A DNA stretch of 64,000 nucleotides from Deltaproteobacteria bacterium. Lineage in GTDB: Bacteria > Myxococcota > JACRCW01. Shown one piece after another: positions 28,287 to 37,928 of the stretch. Each line of letters starts with the position of its first letter. Positions within the stretch are counted from its first letter, which is position 1. Position numbers and translations under genes: made by a program. The notes under the pieces are model-generated. The model was not told where the DNA came from. It saw nothing but the letters and a program-made list of their open reading frames with translations, and did not search any database. Location of the stretch: assembly GCA_016218805.1 (NCBI GenBank), contig JACRCW010000025.1:1646-65645 (forward strand), given 5' to 3'.

Positions 28287-29234
28287 ATGGGCAGGATCGC
28301 GTTGTTGTTCCCGGGTCAGGGCAGCCAGGCGGTGGGCATGGGCAAGGCGCTGGCGGACAAGTACCCCGCCGCGCGCGCGGTGTTTGACCAGGCGGACGCG
28401 GCGCTGGGCTGGCCGCTGTCCAAGCTGTGCTTTGAGGGCCCGGACACGGAGCTCAAGCGCACCGCCGTCACGCAACCTGCCATCCTGACCACGTCCATTG
28501 CCGTCTGGAAGGTGGCCACCGCGGAGCTGGGCCTGACGGCGGACGCGGTGTGCGGCCACAGCCTGGGCGAGTACTCCGCGCTGGTGGCCGCCGGCTGCCT
28601 CACGCTGCGGGACGCGGTGAAGGCGGTGAACGCGCGCGGCCAGTTCATGCAGACCGCGGTGCCGGAGGGCGTGGGCGCCATGGGCGCGGTGCTGGGCCTG
28701 GACGCCGCCGCCATCCGCGAGGTGTGCGCCAAGGTGTCCAACCCCGCGGCCGGTGAGCTCGTCGAGGTGGCCAACTACAACGGGCCGGACCAGACGGTGA
28801 TCAGCGGCCACAAGGCCGGCGTGGAGAAGGCCACCGCGGCGCTCAAGGAGGCCGGGGCCAAGCGCGTGTTGCCGCTGCCGGTGTCCGCGCCCTTCCATTG
28901 CGGCCTGATGAAGCCGGTGCAGGCGCAGCTGCAGCACGTCCTGGATGGGTGCACGTTTGCGCCGCTGGCGGTGCCGTGCGTGGCCAACGTCAACGCGGAG
29001 CCCAACCAGGATCCCATGAAGCACCGGGGGCTGCTCATTGATCAGGTGGTGGCCAGCGTGCGGTTCACGCAGAGCGTGGAGGCGCTGCTGGGGATGGGCG
29101 TGGACACGTTTGTGGAGCTGGGGCCGGGCAAGGTGCTCACGGGGATTGTGAAGCGCATCCGCAAGGACGTGAAGCTCATCAACATTGAGGACCCGGCAGG
29201 GCTGGACGCGGCGCGCGCCGCCCTGGCCGGCTGA
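28287..29234 (+). CDS. fabD: malonyl-CoA:ACP transacylase
   Basis: LLFPGQGSQ, GHSLGEYSALV active-site Ser motif; SD GGAGG upstream. Confidence 0.9.
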   Translation: MGRIALLFPGQGSQAVGMGKALADKYPAARAVFDQADAALGWPLSKLCFEGPDTELKRTAVTQPAILTTSIAVWKVATAELGLTADAVCGHSLGEYSALVAAGCLTLRDAVKAVNARGQFMQTAVPEGVGAMGAVLGLDAAAIREVCAKVSNPAAGELVEVANYNGPDQTVISGHKAGVEKATAALKEAGAKRVLPLPVSAPFHCGLMKPVQAQLQHVLDGCTFAPLAVPCVANVNAEPNQDPMKHRGLLIDQVVASVRFTQSVEALLGMGVDTFVELGPGKVLTGIVKRIRKDVKLINIEDPAGLDAARAALAG

Positions 29235-29250
29235 CACGACGGAGGCCGTG

Positions 29251-29997
29251 ATGATGCTGAAGGATCGCGTGGCGGTGGTGACGGGTGCATCGCGCGGCAT
29301 CGGCCGCGCCATCGCGGTGGAGCTGGCGCGTCACGGGGCGCGCGTCGTGGTCAACTACCAGGGCAGCGAAGCCGCGGCGCAGGAAACCCTCAAGCTGTGC
29401 CAGGGCGCCGGCGGTGGCGAGCACATGGTCAAGCAGTTTGATGTGGGCAACCCGGACCAGGTGACCGCGACGATGAAGGAGCTCCACGAGGCGTGCGGCC
29501 GGCTGGACATCCTGGTCAACAACGCGGGTATCTCCCGGGACATGCTGATCATGCGCTTCAAGAACGAGGACTGGGATGCGGTGCTGCGCACCAACCTCTC
29601 CGGCGTGTTCTACTGCTCGCGCGCGGTGTCGCGGTACATGAGCAAGCAGGAGTTCGGGCGCATCGTGAACGTGTCGTCCATCGTGGGGCAGATGGGCAAT
29701 GCGGGCCAGGTGGCGTACTCCGCGGCCAAGGCGGGCATCATTGGGATGACCAAGACGCTGGCCAAGGAGTTGGCCAAGCGGAAGGTCACCGTGAACGCGG
29801 TGGCGCCGGGCTTCATCAAGACGGACATGACCGCCGCGCTGAAGGAAGAAATGGTGCAGATGGCGCAGATGGCCATCCCCATGGGCGAGCTGGGCACACC
29901 GGAGGACATCGCCCCCGGCGTCGCGTTCCTGTGCTCGGACGGCGCGCGCTACATCACCGGACAGGTGCTGGCCATCAACGGCGGCTTGTACATGTGA
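29251..29997 (+). CDS. fabG: 3-oxoacyl-ACP reductase
   Basis: ATG at 29251 (MMLKDRVAVVTGASRGIGRAIA Rossmann); SDR catalytic YSAAK; 17-nt after fabD stop. Confidence 0.85.
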   Translation: MMLKDRVAVVTGASRGIGRAIAVELARHGARVVVNYQGSEAAAQETLKLCQGAGGGEHMVKQFDVGNPDQVTATMKELHEACGRLDILVNNAGISRDMLIMRFKNEDWDAVLRTNLSGVFYCSRAVSRYMSKQEFGRIVNVSSIVGQMGNAGQVAYSAAKAGIIGMTKTLAKELAKRKVTVNAVAPGFIKTDMTAALKEEMVQMAQMAIPMGELGTPEDIAPGVAFLCSDGARYITGQVLAINGGLYM

Positions 29998-30006
29998 AGG
30001 GGGCAG

Positions 30007-32433
30007 TCAGCCGCGGAAGAACAACGGGTACGCGGCCGGATCCGTCTCGTGCATCGTGGCCCACGCGGCATCAAAGATCGTCTCGCGGTTGGGCTTGGAC
30101 CAGTAGTCACCGTCGGAACCGTACGCGGGGCGGTGCTCCGCGGCGGCCACCGTGCGCGGCGCGGCGTCCAGCCACTGGTAGCCGCCCTGCTTCTCCAAGA
30201 CCTCCTGCAGCATGTACGCGGTGGCGCCCCCGGGCACGTCCTCGTCCACAAACACCACGCGGTTGGTCCGCTGCAGGCTCTTGGTGATCACCCCGCGCAC
30301 ATCAAACGGCAGCAGCGTCTGCACGTCGATCACTTCGGCGGACACGCCCGCTTCCTGCAACATCTCCGCTGCCTCCAGCGCCACGCGGCAGCAAGCGCCG
30401 TAGGTCACCAGCGTGACGTCGCTGCCGGCGCGGATGACCTCCGGCACGCCCAGTGGGACGGTGAACTCAGTGAGGTTGGCGGGGAGGCGCTCCTTGAGGC
30501 GGTAGCCGTTGAGCACCTCCACCACGACGGCGGGGTCATCCCCGCGCAGCAGCGTGTTGTACATGCCCGCTGCCTGCACAAAGTTGCGCGGGACGCACAC
30601 GTGCATGCCGCGGCACAGGTGGATGATGGCCGCCATGGGGCTGCCCGAATGCCACACGCCCTCCAGCCGGTGCCCGCGCGTCCGGACAATGCACGGCGAC
30701 ATCTGCCCGCCGCGGGTGCGCCAACGCAGCGTGGCCAGGTCGTCGCTCATCAACTGCAGCGCGTAGAGGATGTAGTCCAGGTACTGAATCTCGACGATGG
30801 GACGCAGCCCCCGCATGGCCAGGCCAATGCCCTGTCCCAGCATGGTGCACTCGCGGATGCCGGTGTCCGCCACGCGCAGCACGCCGTGCTTGTCCTGCAG
30901 GCCGGCGCAGCCCTGGTTGACGTCACCCAGCTTCCCCACGTCCTCGCCAAAGATCAGCACGCGCGGATCGCGCGCCAGCAGCGCATCAAAGCAGCGGTTG
31001 ATGATCTCAAAGCCGTTGAGCCGCGGCGCGCCCTCGTCGTAGCGCGCGGGGATCTCCGGCACGCGCAGCGGGCTGGTGGCCGCCTCGCTGACCAGATTGT
31101 CGCTGTAGCGCGCACGCTGTGCGGCCTGCATGGCGTCACGCCAGGCCACCAGGCGGGCGCGCGCGTCGGACGGTTCCGCGCGCACCGCCAGCAGCGTGTC
31201 GGCGATGACCCGGAAGAAGTCACGGCGGAATGGCGCGGTTTCCGCCCGCAGCGCCGCCGCGTGTTCCCGCACCCGGGCGCCACCCGCGGGGCTCTGCGCC
31301 GCCACATCATCCAGCAGCGCCAGCAACTCCGCCTTCTCACCCTCCAGCGGCGCGCGGTGCTCGGCCCAGCACTTCCTCTGCAGCTCGCGCACCAGCTGGG
31401 TGTCCTCCTGCTCCCACTGCTCCAGCTGCGCGGCGGTGGCCACGCCCTCGGCCAGCACCCACAAACGCAGGCGCCGCAGGCAATCCCACTCATCCTCCCA
31501 GCCCAGCCGCTCCTTGCTCTTGTAGCGTTCGTGGCTGCCGGAGGTGGAATGCCCCTGCGGCTGGGTCATCTCCACCACGTGGATGATCTGCGGGACGTGC
31601 TCGGTCCGCGCCGTGTGCGCCGCCGCCTGGTAGACGTGACGCAGCGCCGCATAGTCGTGTCCCTTCACCACGTGGATGTCAAAACCGCGCGGGTCCGACG
31701 GCGAACGCCGGAATCCCTCGAGCAGGTCGCTGACGTTGCCGCGGATGACCTGCTGTTCGCTGGGCACGGAGATGCCGTAACCGTTGTCCCAGATGGACAT
31801 CACCAGCGGGATGCCCAGCACACCGGCCGCGTTCATGCCTTCCCAGAACATGCCCTCCGCGCAGGACGCATTGCCAATGGTGCCCCAGGCCACCTCGTCG
31901 CCACCGCGGGAGAACGGCGTGTCCGCCAGGTCCGGCAGCGCCCGGTAGATCTTGGAGGCCTGCGCCAGCCCCACCAGGCGCGGCACCTGGGAGCCCGTCG
32001 GGGAGATGTCCCCGGAGGTGCCCACCATGTCGCGCGCACCCTTCCACCGTCCCAACTCGTCCACGTAGCGCGTGGCAAAGTGCCCGTTCATCATGCGCCC
32101 AGCGCTCGCGGGTTCCAGTTCCACGTCGGTGGTTGCGTACAGCTGGTGGAAGAACCGTTCCATGGTCCCAATGCCGGCGGCGAACATGAAGGTCTGGTCG
32201 CGGTAATAGCCCGCGCGCGTGTCGCCCTTGCGGAACGCGCGCGCCATGGCCAGCTGGGCCACTTCCTTCCCGTCGCCAAAGATGCCGAACTTGGCCTTGC
32301 CCCCCAGCACCTCCCGGCGCCCCATGAGACTGGCCTGCCGGGACCGGAACCCCAACCGGTAGTCCTCAATGATGCTGTCGGCGCTGAATGGAAGTGCCCC
32401 GCGGCCTTCCTGCGAAGTGCTGGTTGCCACCAT
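30007..32433 (-). CDS. TPP-dependent 2-oxoacid dehydrogenase E1 component, fused alpha and beta subunits
   Basis: 808 aa; N-half E1-alpha-like (TPP-binding), C-half E1-beta/transketolase-C-like. Confidence 0.8.
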   Translation of the reverse strand: MVATSTSQEGRGALPFSADSIIEDYRLGFRSRQASLMGRREVLGGKAKFGIFGDGKEVAQLAMARAFRKGDTRAGYYRDQTFMFAAGIGTMERFFHQLYATTDVELEPASAGRMMNGHFATRYVDELGRWKGARDMVGTSGDISPTGSQVPRLVGLAQASKIYRALPDLADTPFSRGGDEVAWGTIGNASCAEGMFWEGMNAAGVLGIPLVMSIWDNGYGISVPSEQQVIRGNVSDLLEGFRRSPSDPRGFDIHVVKGHDYAALRHVYQAAAHTARTEHVPQIIHVVEMTQPQGHSTSGSHERYKSKERLGWEDEWDCLRRLRLWVLAEGVATAAQLEQWEQEDTQLVRELQRKCWAEHRAPLEGEKAELLALLDDVAAQSPAGGARVREHAAALRAETAPFRRDFFRVIADTLLAVRAEPSDARARLVAWRDAMQAAQRARYSDNLVSEAATSPLRVPEIPARYDEGAPRLNGFEIINRCFDALLARDPRVLIFGEDVGKLGDVNQGCAGLQDKHGVLRVADTGIRECTMLGQGIGLAMRGLRPIVEIQYLDYILYALQLMSDDLATLRWRTRGGQMSPCIVRTRGHRLEGVWHSGSPMAAIIHLCRGMHVCVPRNFVQAAGMYNTLLRGDDPAVVVEVLNGYRLKERLPANLTEFTVPLGVPEVIRAGSDVTLVTYGACCRVALEAAEMLQEAGVSAEVIDVQTLLPFDVRGVITKSLQRTNRVVFVDEDVPGGATAYMLQEVLEKQGGYQWLDAAPRTVAAAEHRPAYGSDGDYWSKPNRETIFDAAWATMHETDPAAYPLFFRG

Positions 32434-32734
32434 GGCTCTCCTTTATCGGGGCGCCCCCTGTACGGCATGGACGTGCAGATTGCCACCCCGGACCCACGGG
32501 CCCGCCCGCACCCGCGCACGGCGTTCCCGCGGGCCCTGACGACGAGGAGGGGTGCGCGGCGCCGGGCTCCCGGCCGTCCGGATCCGCGGCGCGCCTGCCC
32601 GGTTCGGCGCTGTGCGGCAGCGGCCCCCGGGCCGCGCAGGTGACGTGGCACCCCGTGCGTGGCGGGTGGTACCTCCCCGTCGGACCAGGGTACGCTCAGC
32701 GCGCGCGGCCACCGGCCGCCAGACGGGACAACCA

Positions 32735-33241
32735 ATGCTTGAACTCTACAACTTCATGGAAGGCAACCACGACGCGCTGGTGAGCAACCTGCTCGCCAAG
32801 GTGCCCAAGGAGGTCCCCGCCTACTCCCGGCTCCCCCGCAACGAGCTCAAGCAGTCCATTGAACACCTGCTGGAGGCCTACACGGACCTGCTGGTCACCG
32901 GCCAGGACGAGGGCTTGCGCGCGTTCTTCAAGTACATCGCCAAGATCCGCTCCGCGCAGTCCTTCAAGGTCTCTGACGTCATGCGCGCGCTGCTGTGCTT
33001 CCCGCCGGCCATCCGCCGCATGCTGCAGGACGAGTACCGCGACATGGAGGGCGACGGCCTGTCCCTGTTCAACAAGTCCATGGAGAAGATTGAGAGCACG
33101 TGCTTCACCAGCGTGTGCACCTTTGTGGACATCTTCCAGGAGTACCTGGACAGCCGCATCAAGGAACACAACGACTACCTGAATGAGAAGAACAAGCAGC
33201 TGGGCGTGGACCTCTCCAAGTTCATCCTGTTCCGCGGCTGA
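32735..33241 (+). CDS. hypothetical protein (168 aa, Lys/Phe/Tyr-rich, helical)
   Basis: ATG at 32735 (MLELYNFMEGNHDALVSNLLAKVPKEV...); codon usage native (GC3-rich) despite K/F/Y/N-rich composition. Confidence 0.5.
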   Translation: MLELYNFMEGNHDALVSNLLAKVPKEVPAYSRLPRNELKQSIEHLLEAYTDLLVTGQDEGLRAFFKYIAKIRSAQSFKVSDVMRALLCFPPAIRRMLQDEYRDMEGDGLSLFNKSMEKIESTCFTSVCTFVDIFQEYLDSRIKEHNDYLNEKNKQLGVDLSKFILFRG

Positions 33242-33346
33242 CCGGGACCGCCCACGGCCGCCCCGCCGCGCGCGGTTTGCGCGATCCGATATTGATATTG
33301 ACTTTCATTTTCAGAATGCGCTACCGGTTGGACACGGAGGTGGCGC

Positions 33347-34039
33347 GTGTCCGTTGTTGCAGGCGTGCTGGTGGTGGCCATGACGGCGGGCGGACTGCCC
33401 GGCGGCACGGTGCGGCACGTGTCCCGCATGACCGGGGCGCTGTTGGAGGTGGTGACCGCGTCACCCGGCGCGCTGGTGCGCGTGGACGGTGAAGTGCGCG
33501 GCCGCACACCGGTGCGGGTGGCCGGCCTGGCGCCGGGAGTGCACCGCGTGGAACTCAAGGGCGGCGGCGTGGATTCCGCCCGGTCGGTGGACATGGATGA
33601 CGGCATGCTGGTCCGTGTGGAGGCGGACGCCACCGGCGTGCGCGTGCGCAGCGGGCCACTGGCGGACACCAGCCCGGCCGCAGCGGGTTCCGCTTCGGAC
33701 GCGCCGGCGGCGTGGCGGCCGGACGTGTCGTCGTTGCGCAGCCTGCTGGCGCAGCCCTGGGTGTATGCGGCGGCGGCCTGCACCGGGTTGGCGCTGCTGG
33801 GCGCCGGCTTGCTGTGGACCTCCACGCCGGACCGGTTCCCCGTGCTGCGCCGCCTGCCGCTCCACGTGGAGCCCTGGCAATACACCGCGGCGCGTTGGGT
33901 TTCCGTGGGCGCCGTTGCCACGGGGCTGGTGCTCACCGCGGCGCTGTGGGTGGTCCCGGCGCTGCCCAGCCTGGCGGCCCTGCTCCACCGTGACCGCGCA
34001 GCGGCGGCGGCGCCGCCGCCGGACGCCACGGCCGGCTGA
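33347..34039 (+). CDS. PEGA-domain membrane protein
   Basis: PEGA motif ALLEVVTASPGALVRVDGEVRGRTPVRVAGLAPGVHRVEL; C-terminal TM helices; GTG start preceded by GGAGGTG. Confidence 0.6.
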   Translation: MSVVAGVLVVAMTAGGLPGGTVRHVSRMTGALLEVVTASPGALVRVDGEVRGRTPVRVAGLAPGVHRVELKGGGVDSARSVDMDDGMLVRVEADATGVRVRSGPLADTSPAAAGSASDAPAAWRPDVSSLRSLLAQPWVYAAAACTGLALLGAGLLWTSTPDRFPVLRRLPLHVEPWQYTAARWVSVGAVATGLVLTAALWVVPALPSLAALLHRDRAAAAAPPPDATAG

Positions 34040-34045
34040 CGTCGT

Positions 34046-34321
34046 TCAGAACCTCAGATCACAGCGGTCGTTGGCCGCCTCCGCGCAGCTGGCGCTGTAA
34101 CTGCTCACGTTCGGATTGGCGCAGTGGTACGCGCGCCGGAACGCCTCCACCGCCTTGCGCTCCGCTTCAGCCGAGGACGACGTGGACACACACACCCGCG
34201 CCTTCCGACCGCAGCCCTGGACCCGCACGCTGTAGCAGCCCGCTGCCACGGCCTCACCGGTCACCGCCAGCCAGCCGGCGGCCACCAGCAACCACGCCAG
34301 GAAAGGAACCAGCGCGCGCAT
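34046..34321 (-). CDS. small secreted cysteine-containing protein (91 aa)
   Basis: Signal peptide MRALVPFLAWLLVAAGWLAVTGEAVAA; 6 Cys; directly downstream of preceding gene. Confidence 0.4.
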   Translation of the reverse strand: MRALVPFLAWLLVAAGWLAVTGEAVAAGCYSVRVQGCGRKARVCVSTSSSAEAERKAVEAFRRAYHCANPNVSSYSASCAEAANDRCDLRF

Positions 34322-34360
34322 GACCGGACTGTAGGACGCCGCCGGCAGCGGGGCCAGACG

Positions 34361-35320
34361 TCACGCCACCCGCAGCACCAGCGCCGTGGCCAGGCCCTCC
34401 ACCAGCACCCCGCCGTCACCCCGGCGCAGCCGCGGCTGGGCCACGCCCAGCTCCGCCAGGGGGACCACGTTCCCGTCATCCAGGCCCACGCGGCAGGCAT
34501 GCAGCGGCCCGGAGGTCTCCCCCGGCGCGTTGGCCACCATCAGTGCGGCCACCACCGTCCGCTCGTCCAGCACCGCGGGCACGCTCACACCCTGGTTCAC
34601 CGCGCGCTGATGCACCACGCGGCCCGGGCCGTCCGCCTCCAAGACCCGCAGCGTGCAGCGCGGCCCGTCGTGGAGTTCCTGCACAAGCGCCACCACCCGG
34701 CCGGACGGGAGGAAGCCCCCGCTCACCCGCGAGGGCGCGGACAGCGGCCCCAACACGGTCCGCCGCTCACCGTCATCAAGCGAAATGGCCTCCAGCGCCC
34801 CGTCCAGCTGTGCGGTCCGGGCGGTCATGACCAACGCGCGGGCGCCGTCGTCGGACAACGCCGGCACCGGAGCCAGCATGGGATGCATGGCGGTGGCCAC
34901 CGGGCAGGCTTCGCGGGAGGTTGCCGCCAACAGGTCCACCGCGTGGAGGACACCGCGCACCACGTCCACCACCGCCGCGCGCCGCCCGTCCGCAGAAACG
35001 CCCAGTGATTGACCCGGCACGCGCAGGACCTCCCTCCCCTCCGCCAGGAACGCGACCTCGTCGACAATGGGCGGGATGGACCCGGGGCGGAACCGGTGCA
35101 CGGCCAGCAGGCGTCCCGCGGCCACGGGGAACACGTGCACCGCGCCGGCATGGTCCAGCCACACCGGGCGGGGGCTGCCGCCTTCGTCCTCCACGTAGAC
35201 GCCCGGGTGCACGCCGCCCTCGGCGCGGAACACCAGCGCGCTGCCCCAGAAGCCGCAACCGGTGACGCGGACCCCCGCTCCCAGGCGCGGACCGCGCGAG
35301 CTGACCGTGCAGCTTCCCAT
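34361..35320 (-). CDS. hypothetical protein
   Basis: Start chosen at MGSCTVSS (35320), 6 nt after DJ-1 stop; protein-like composition versus Arg/His-rich opposite-strand ORF. Confidence 0.45.
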   Translation of the reverse strand: MGSCTVSSRGPRLGAGVRVTGCGFWGSALVFRAEGGVHPGVYVEDEGGSPRPVWLDHAGAVHVFPVAAGRLLAVHRFRPGSIPPIVDEVAFLAEGREVLRVPGQSLGVSADGRRAAVVDVVRGVLHAVDLLAATSREACPVATAMHPMLAPVPALSDDGARALVMTARTAQLDGALEAISLDDGERRTVLGPLSAPSRVSGGFLPSGRVVALVQELHDGPRCTLRVLEADGPGRVVHQRAVNQGVSVPAVLDERTVVAALMVANAPGETSGPLHACRVGLDDGNVVPLAELGVAQPRLRRGDGGVLVEGLATALVLRVA

Positions 35321-35325
35321 CCGGC

Positions 35326-35841
35326 TCACCCCCGGTGGAGGAACTTCACCAGCGCCTCGCCAAAGGCCGGCAGGTCCGGCGGACGGCGGGAGGTCACCAG
35401 GTTCCCGTCCACCACCACCGGGTCGTCGCGCCACAGGGCGCCCGCGTTCTCCACGTCGTCACGCACGCCGGCGGAACCCGTCACGCGCCGCCCCTTGAGG
35501 ATCCTGGCGGACACCAGCACCCACGGGCCGTGGCAGATGGCCGCCACCAGCTTTCCGCGCGCATCCATGTCCCGCACCACTTCCAGCAGCTGCCCGTGCC
35601 GCCGCAGCACGTCCGGCGCCCACCCGCCGGGCACCACCACGCCGTCCAGTTCGCGCGGGTCCACCGCGCCCAGCGCCGCGTGCACGTCCATGGGATAGCC
35701 GTGCTTGCCGCGGCAGCCCTTGCCATCCGGACTGGCAACGACCACGTGCACACCTGCCGCCTCCAGTCGCAGGCGCGGGTACCACGCTTCCAGGTCTTCG
35801 TAGGCATCAGCCACCGGGATGAGAATGCGCGTGGGAGTCAT
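35326..35841 (-). CDS. DJ-1/PfpI family protein (glutamine amidotransferase-like/intracellular protease)
   Basis: AICHGPWVL nucleophile-elbow Cys-His, GKGCRGKHGYPMD, 171 aa. Confidence 0.85.
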   Translation of the reverse strand: MTPTRILIPVADAYEDLEAWYPRLRLEAAGVHVVVASPDGKGCRGKHGYPMDVHAALGAVDPRELDGVVVPGGWAPDVLRRHGQLLEVVRDMDARGKLVAAICHGPWVLVSARILKGRRVTGSAGVRDDVENAGALWRDDPVVVDGNLVTSRRPPDLPAFGEALVKFLHRG

Positions 35842-35894
35842 GCGCCCTTTGTAGCCGCCGCGCGCAACCGCCCGCTACCCGTGCCGCGGCGCTT

Positions 35895-37928
35895 GTGCCG
35901 GGACCGTGGACGCGGGCATCCTGCACCGCCTCCACGACGGGAGCACCCCTGGCCCGACTCCGCCCCCACGTCCTGCGCGCGCTCCTCCTCAAGGAGGCGC
36001 GCGAGGTCCTGCGCGACCGGCGCACCCTCCTGCTGACGCTGGCGCTGCCCACCATCATCTACCCCGTGTTCATCGCCGGCCTGGGCGAGATCTCCGCCGC
36101 GGCCACGCTCAGCCTGCGTGCGCGGCCCATCAGCGTGGTTGTTGCCGCAGAGGTCCCGGAGGATGTGCGCCGCGCCCTGCGCGCGGCGGAACGGGTCACC
36201 GTGCGCGCCGGCGCGCCCGAGGAGGAGGTCCGCGCGGGCCTGGCGGAGGCGGGCGTGGGTGCGCGGCCGCGCCCGCGGGGGGACCACGCGCTGGTGGTCT
36301 ACGTGGACCGTTCGCGTGATGAGAGCAGCGCCGCGGCGGAGCGCGTGAACCGCGCCATTGCCCGCGCCCGGGACGCGCGGCTGCAGGCGCGCGTGGCCGC
36401 GCTGGGCATCCCCCGTGAGGACGTGGAGCCGCTCCCCGCGGAACAGCGCAATGTCTCGTCGGGCGAGCGCATGCGTTCATACATGGCCAGCCGCATGCTG
36501 CCCTTCCTGCTCATTGTGCTGAGCCTGGTGGGCGCCACGGCCACCGCCGTGGACATCACCGCGGGCGAACGCGAACGCGGCACCCTCCTCACGCTGCTCT
36601 CCACGCCGGTGCACGCGGCGGAGGTCGCCGCGGCCAAGCTGGTCACGGTGGCCGCCGTGGCGCTGGCCAGCGGGCTGGTCAACGTGGTGGCGCTGGCCCT
36701 CACGCTGACCTCGTCACTGGGCCAGGGCGCGGCCGAGTTCTCCGCCGGGCTGGACGCGCGCCTGCTGCTGGGCACCATGGCCGCGCTGCTGCCCACCTCG
36801 TTGTACGGCGCCGCGCTGCTGCTGGGCCTGGCCGCGCTGGGGAAGACCACCAAGGAGGCGCAGGCCTCTACCGCTCCCGCGCTGTTCCTGGCGCTGGGCC
36901 TGTCCGCCGTCAGCATTGTGCCCGGCGTGCGCGCCAACCTCATGCTGGACGCGCTCCCCGTTGCCGGGCCCGCGCTGCTGATGCGGGACCTGGTCATGGG
37001 CGACGCCACGCTGGGCCAGGGCCTGGCCGTGCTGATCTCCAGCGCGCTGACCCTGTGGCTGATGGTGGCCTTTGCCGCGCGCGTGCTGATGAGTGAACCC
37101 ATGCTCTCCGCGCACCTGTCCGCCTCCGCCGTCCTGCGCGAGCTGGGCGGCGACCGGCGACCCACGCCGCTGACCGCCGCGCTCGTCGCCTCGCTGCTGC
37201 TGGGCGTGGTGGTCTACGCGGGCCCGGCGCTGCAGGGCGCGGACCTCCCGCTGGGCCTCCTGGGAACGCTGGCGCTGCTGGCCGCCTGCCCGCTGCTGCT
37301 GCTGCGCGGCCTGGGGCTGCTGTCGGGCCCGCTGCTGGGATTTGGACGGCGGCCGGACGGCGGCGCGCTGGCCGCCGCGGTGCTGTGGGGCCTGGCGCTG
37401 TTGCTGCCGCTGTCCGCGGGCACCCGCGCGCTGGTGCGCCTGATGGGCATGGACGAGGCCGCCGAGGCGCTGGAGGAGGCGCTGCGCGCGCTCATGGAGG
37501 GCCAGCAGCACGGCGGCATGGCGCTGCTGCTCGTCGGCCTGGCGCCGGGTTTCCTGGAGGAGGTGGCCTTCCGCGGCGCGCTGCAGGGCGTGCTGCTGAG
37601 GGTGACCACGCCGGGGCGCGCGGTGCTGGCGCAGGCGGTGGCCTTTGGGCTGGCGCACCTGAGCGTCATCCGCTTCCCGGGGACCTTTGCGGTGGGGCTG
37701 CTGTTGGGCGCGCTGCGGTGGCGCTCGGGGTCCATCTGGCCGGGCGTGCTGATGCACTCGCTGCACAACGGACTGGCCACCGCGCTGGTAGTGCTGGGCG
37801 TGGCGGCCGAGGGCGGTGACGACGAACTCCCGGCCGCGCTGCTGGGCGGGTGCGTGGCGGCGCTGGTGGCGGGCGGGTGGCTGCTGCAGCGGGTGCGGCC
37901 GCCGGTCAGCGACGTCGGAAGAACGTGA
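35895..37928 (+). CDS. fusion protein: ABC-2 family transporter permease (N) plus CPBP/CAAX intramembrane metalloprotease (C)
   Basis: N-term LKEAREVLRDRRTLLLTLALPTIIYPV and 6 TM helices (ABC-2 permease); C-term CPBP motifs FLEEVAFRGALQ, FGLAHL, MHSLHN; GTG start. Confidence 0.7.
   Translation: MPGPWTRASCTASTTGAPLARLRPHVLRALLLKEAREVLRDRRTLLLTLALPTIIYPVFIAGLGEISAAATLSLRARPISVVVAAEVPEDVRRALRAAERVTVRAGAPEEEVRAGLAEAGVGARPRPRGDHALVVYVDRSRDESSAAAERVNRAIARARDARLQARVAALGIPREDVEPLPAEQRNVSSGERMRSYMASRMLPFLLIVLSLVGATATAVDITAGERERGTLLTLLSTPVHAAEVAAAKLVTVAAVALASGLVNVVALALTLTSSLGQGAAEFSAGLDARLLLGTMAALLPTSLYGAALLLGLAALGKTTKEAQASTAPALFLALGLSAVSIVPGVRANLMLDALPVAGPALLMRDLVMGDATLGQGLAVLISSALTLWLMVAFAARVLMSEPMLSAHLSASAVLRELGGDRRPTPLTAALVASLLLGVVVYAGPALQGADLPLGLLGTLALLAACPLLLLRGLGLLSGPLLGFGRRPDGGALAAAVLWGLALLLPLSAGTRALVRLMGMDEAAEALEEALRALMEGQQHGGMALLLVGLAPGFLEEVAFRGALQGVLLRVTTPGRAVLAQAVAFGLAHLSVIRFPGTFAVGLLLGALRWRSGSIWPGVLMHSLHNGLATALVVLGVAAEGGDDELPAALLGGCVAALVAGGWLLQRVRPPVSDVGRT

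Noticed and set aside
34124-35008. 294-aa plus-strand ORF
   Set aside because: Arg/His/Gln-rich with no motifs; antisense to the better-composed minus-strand hypothetical linked to the DJ-1 gene.
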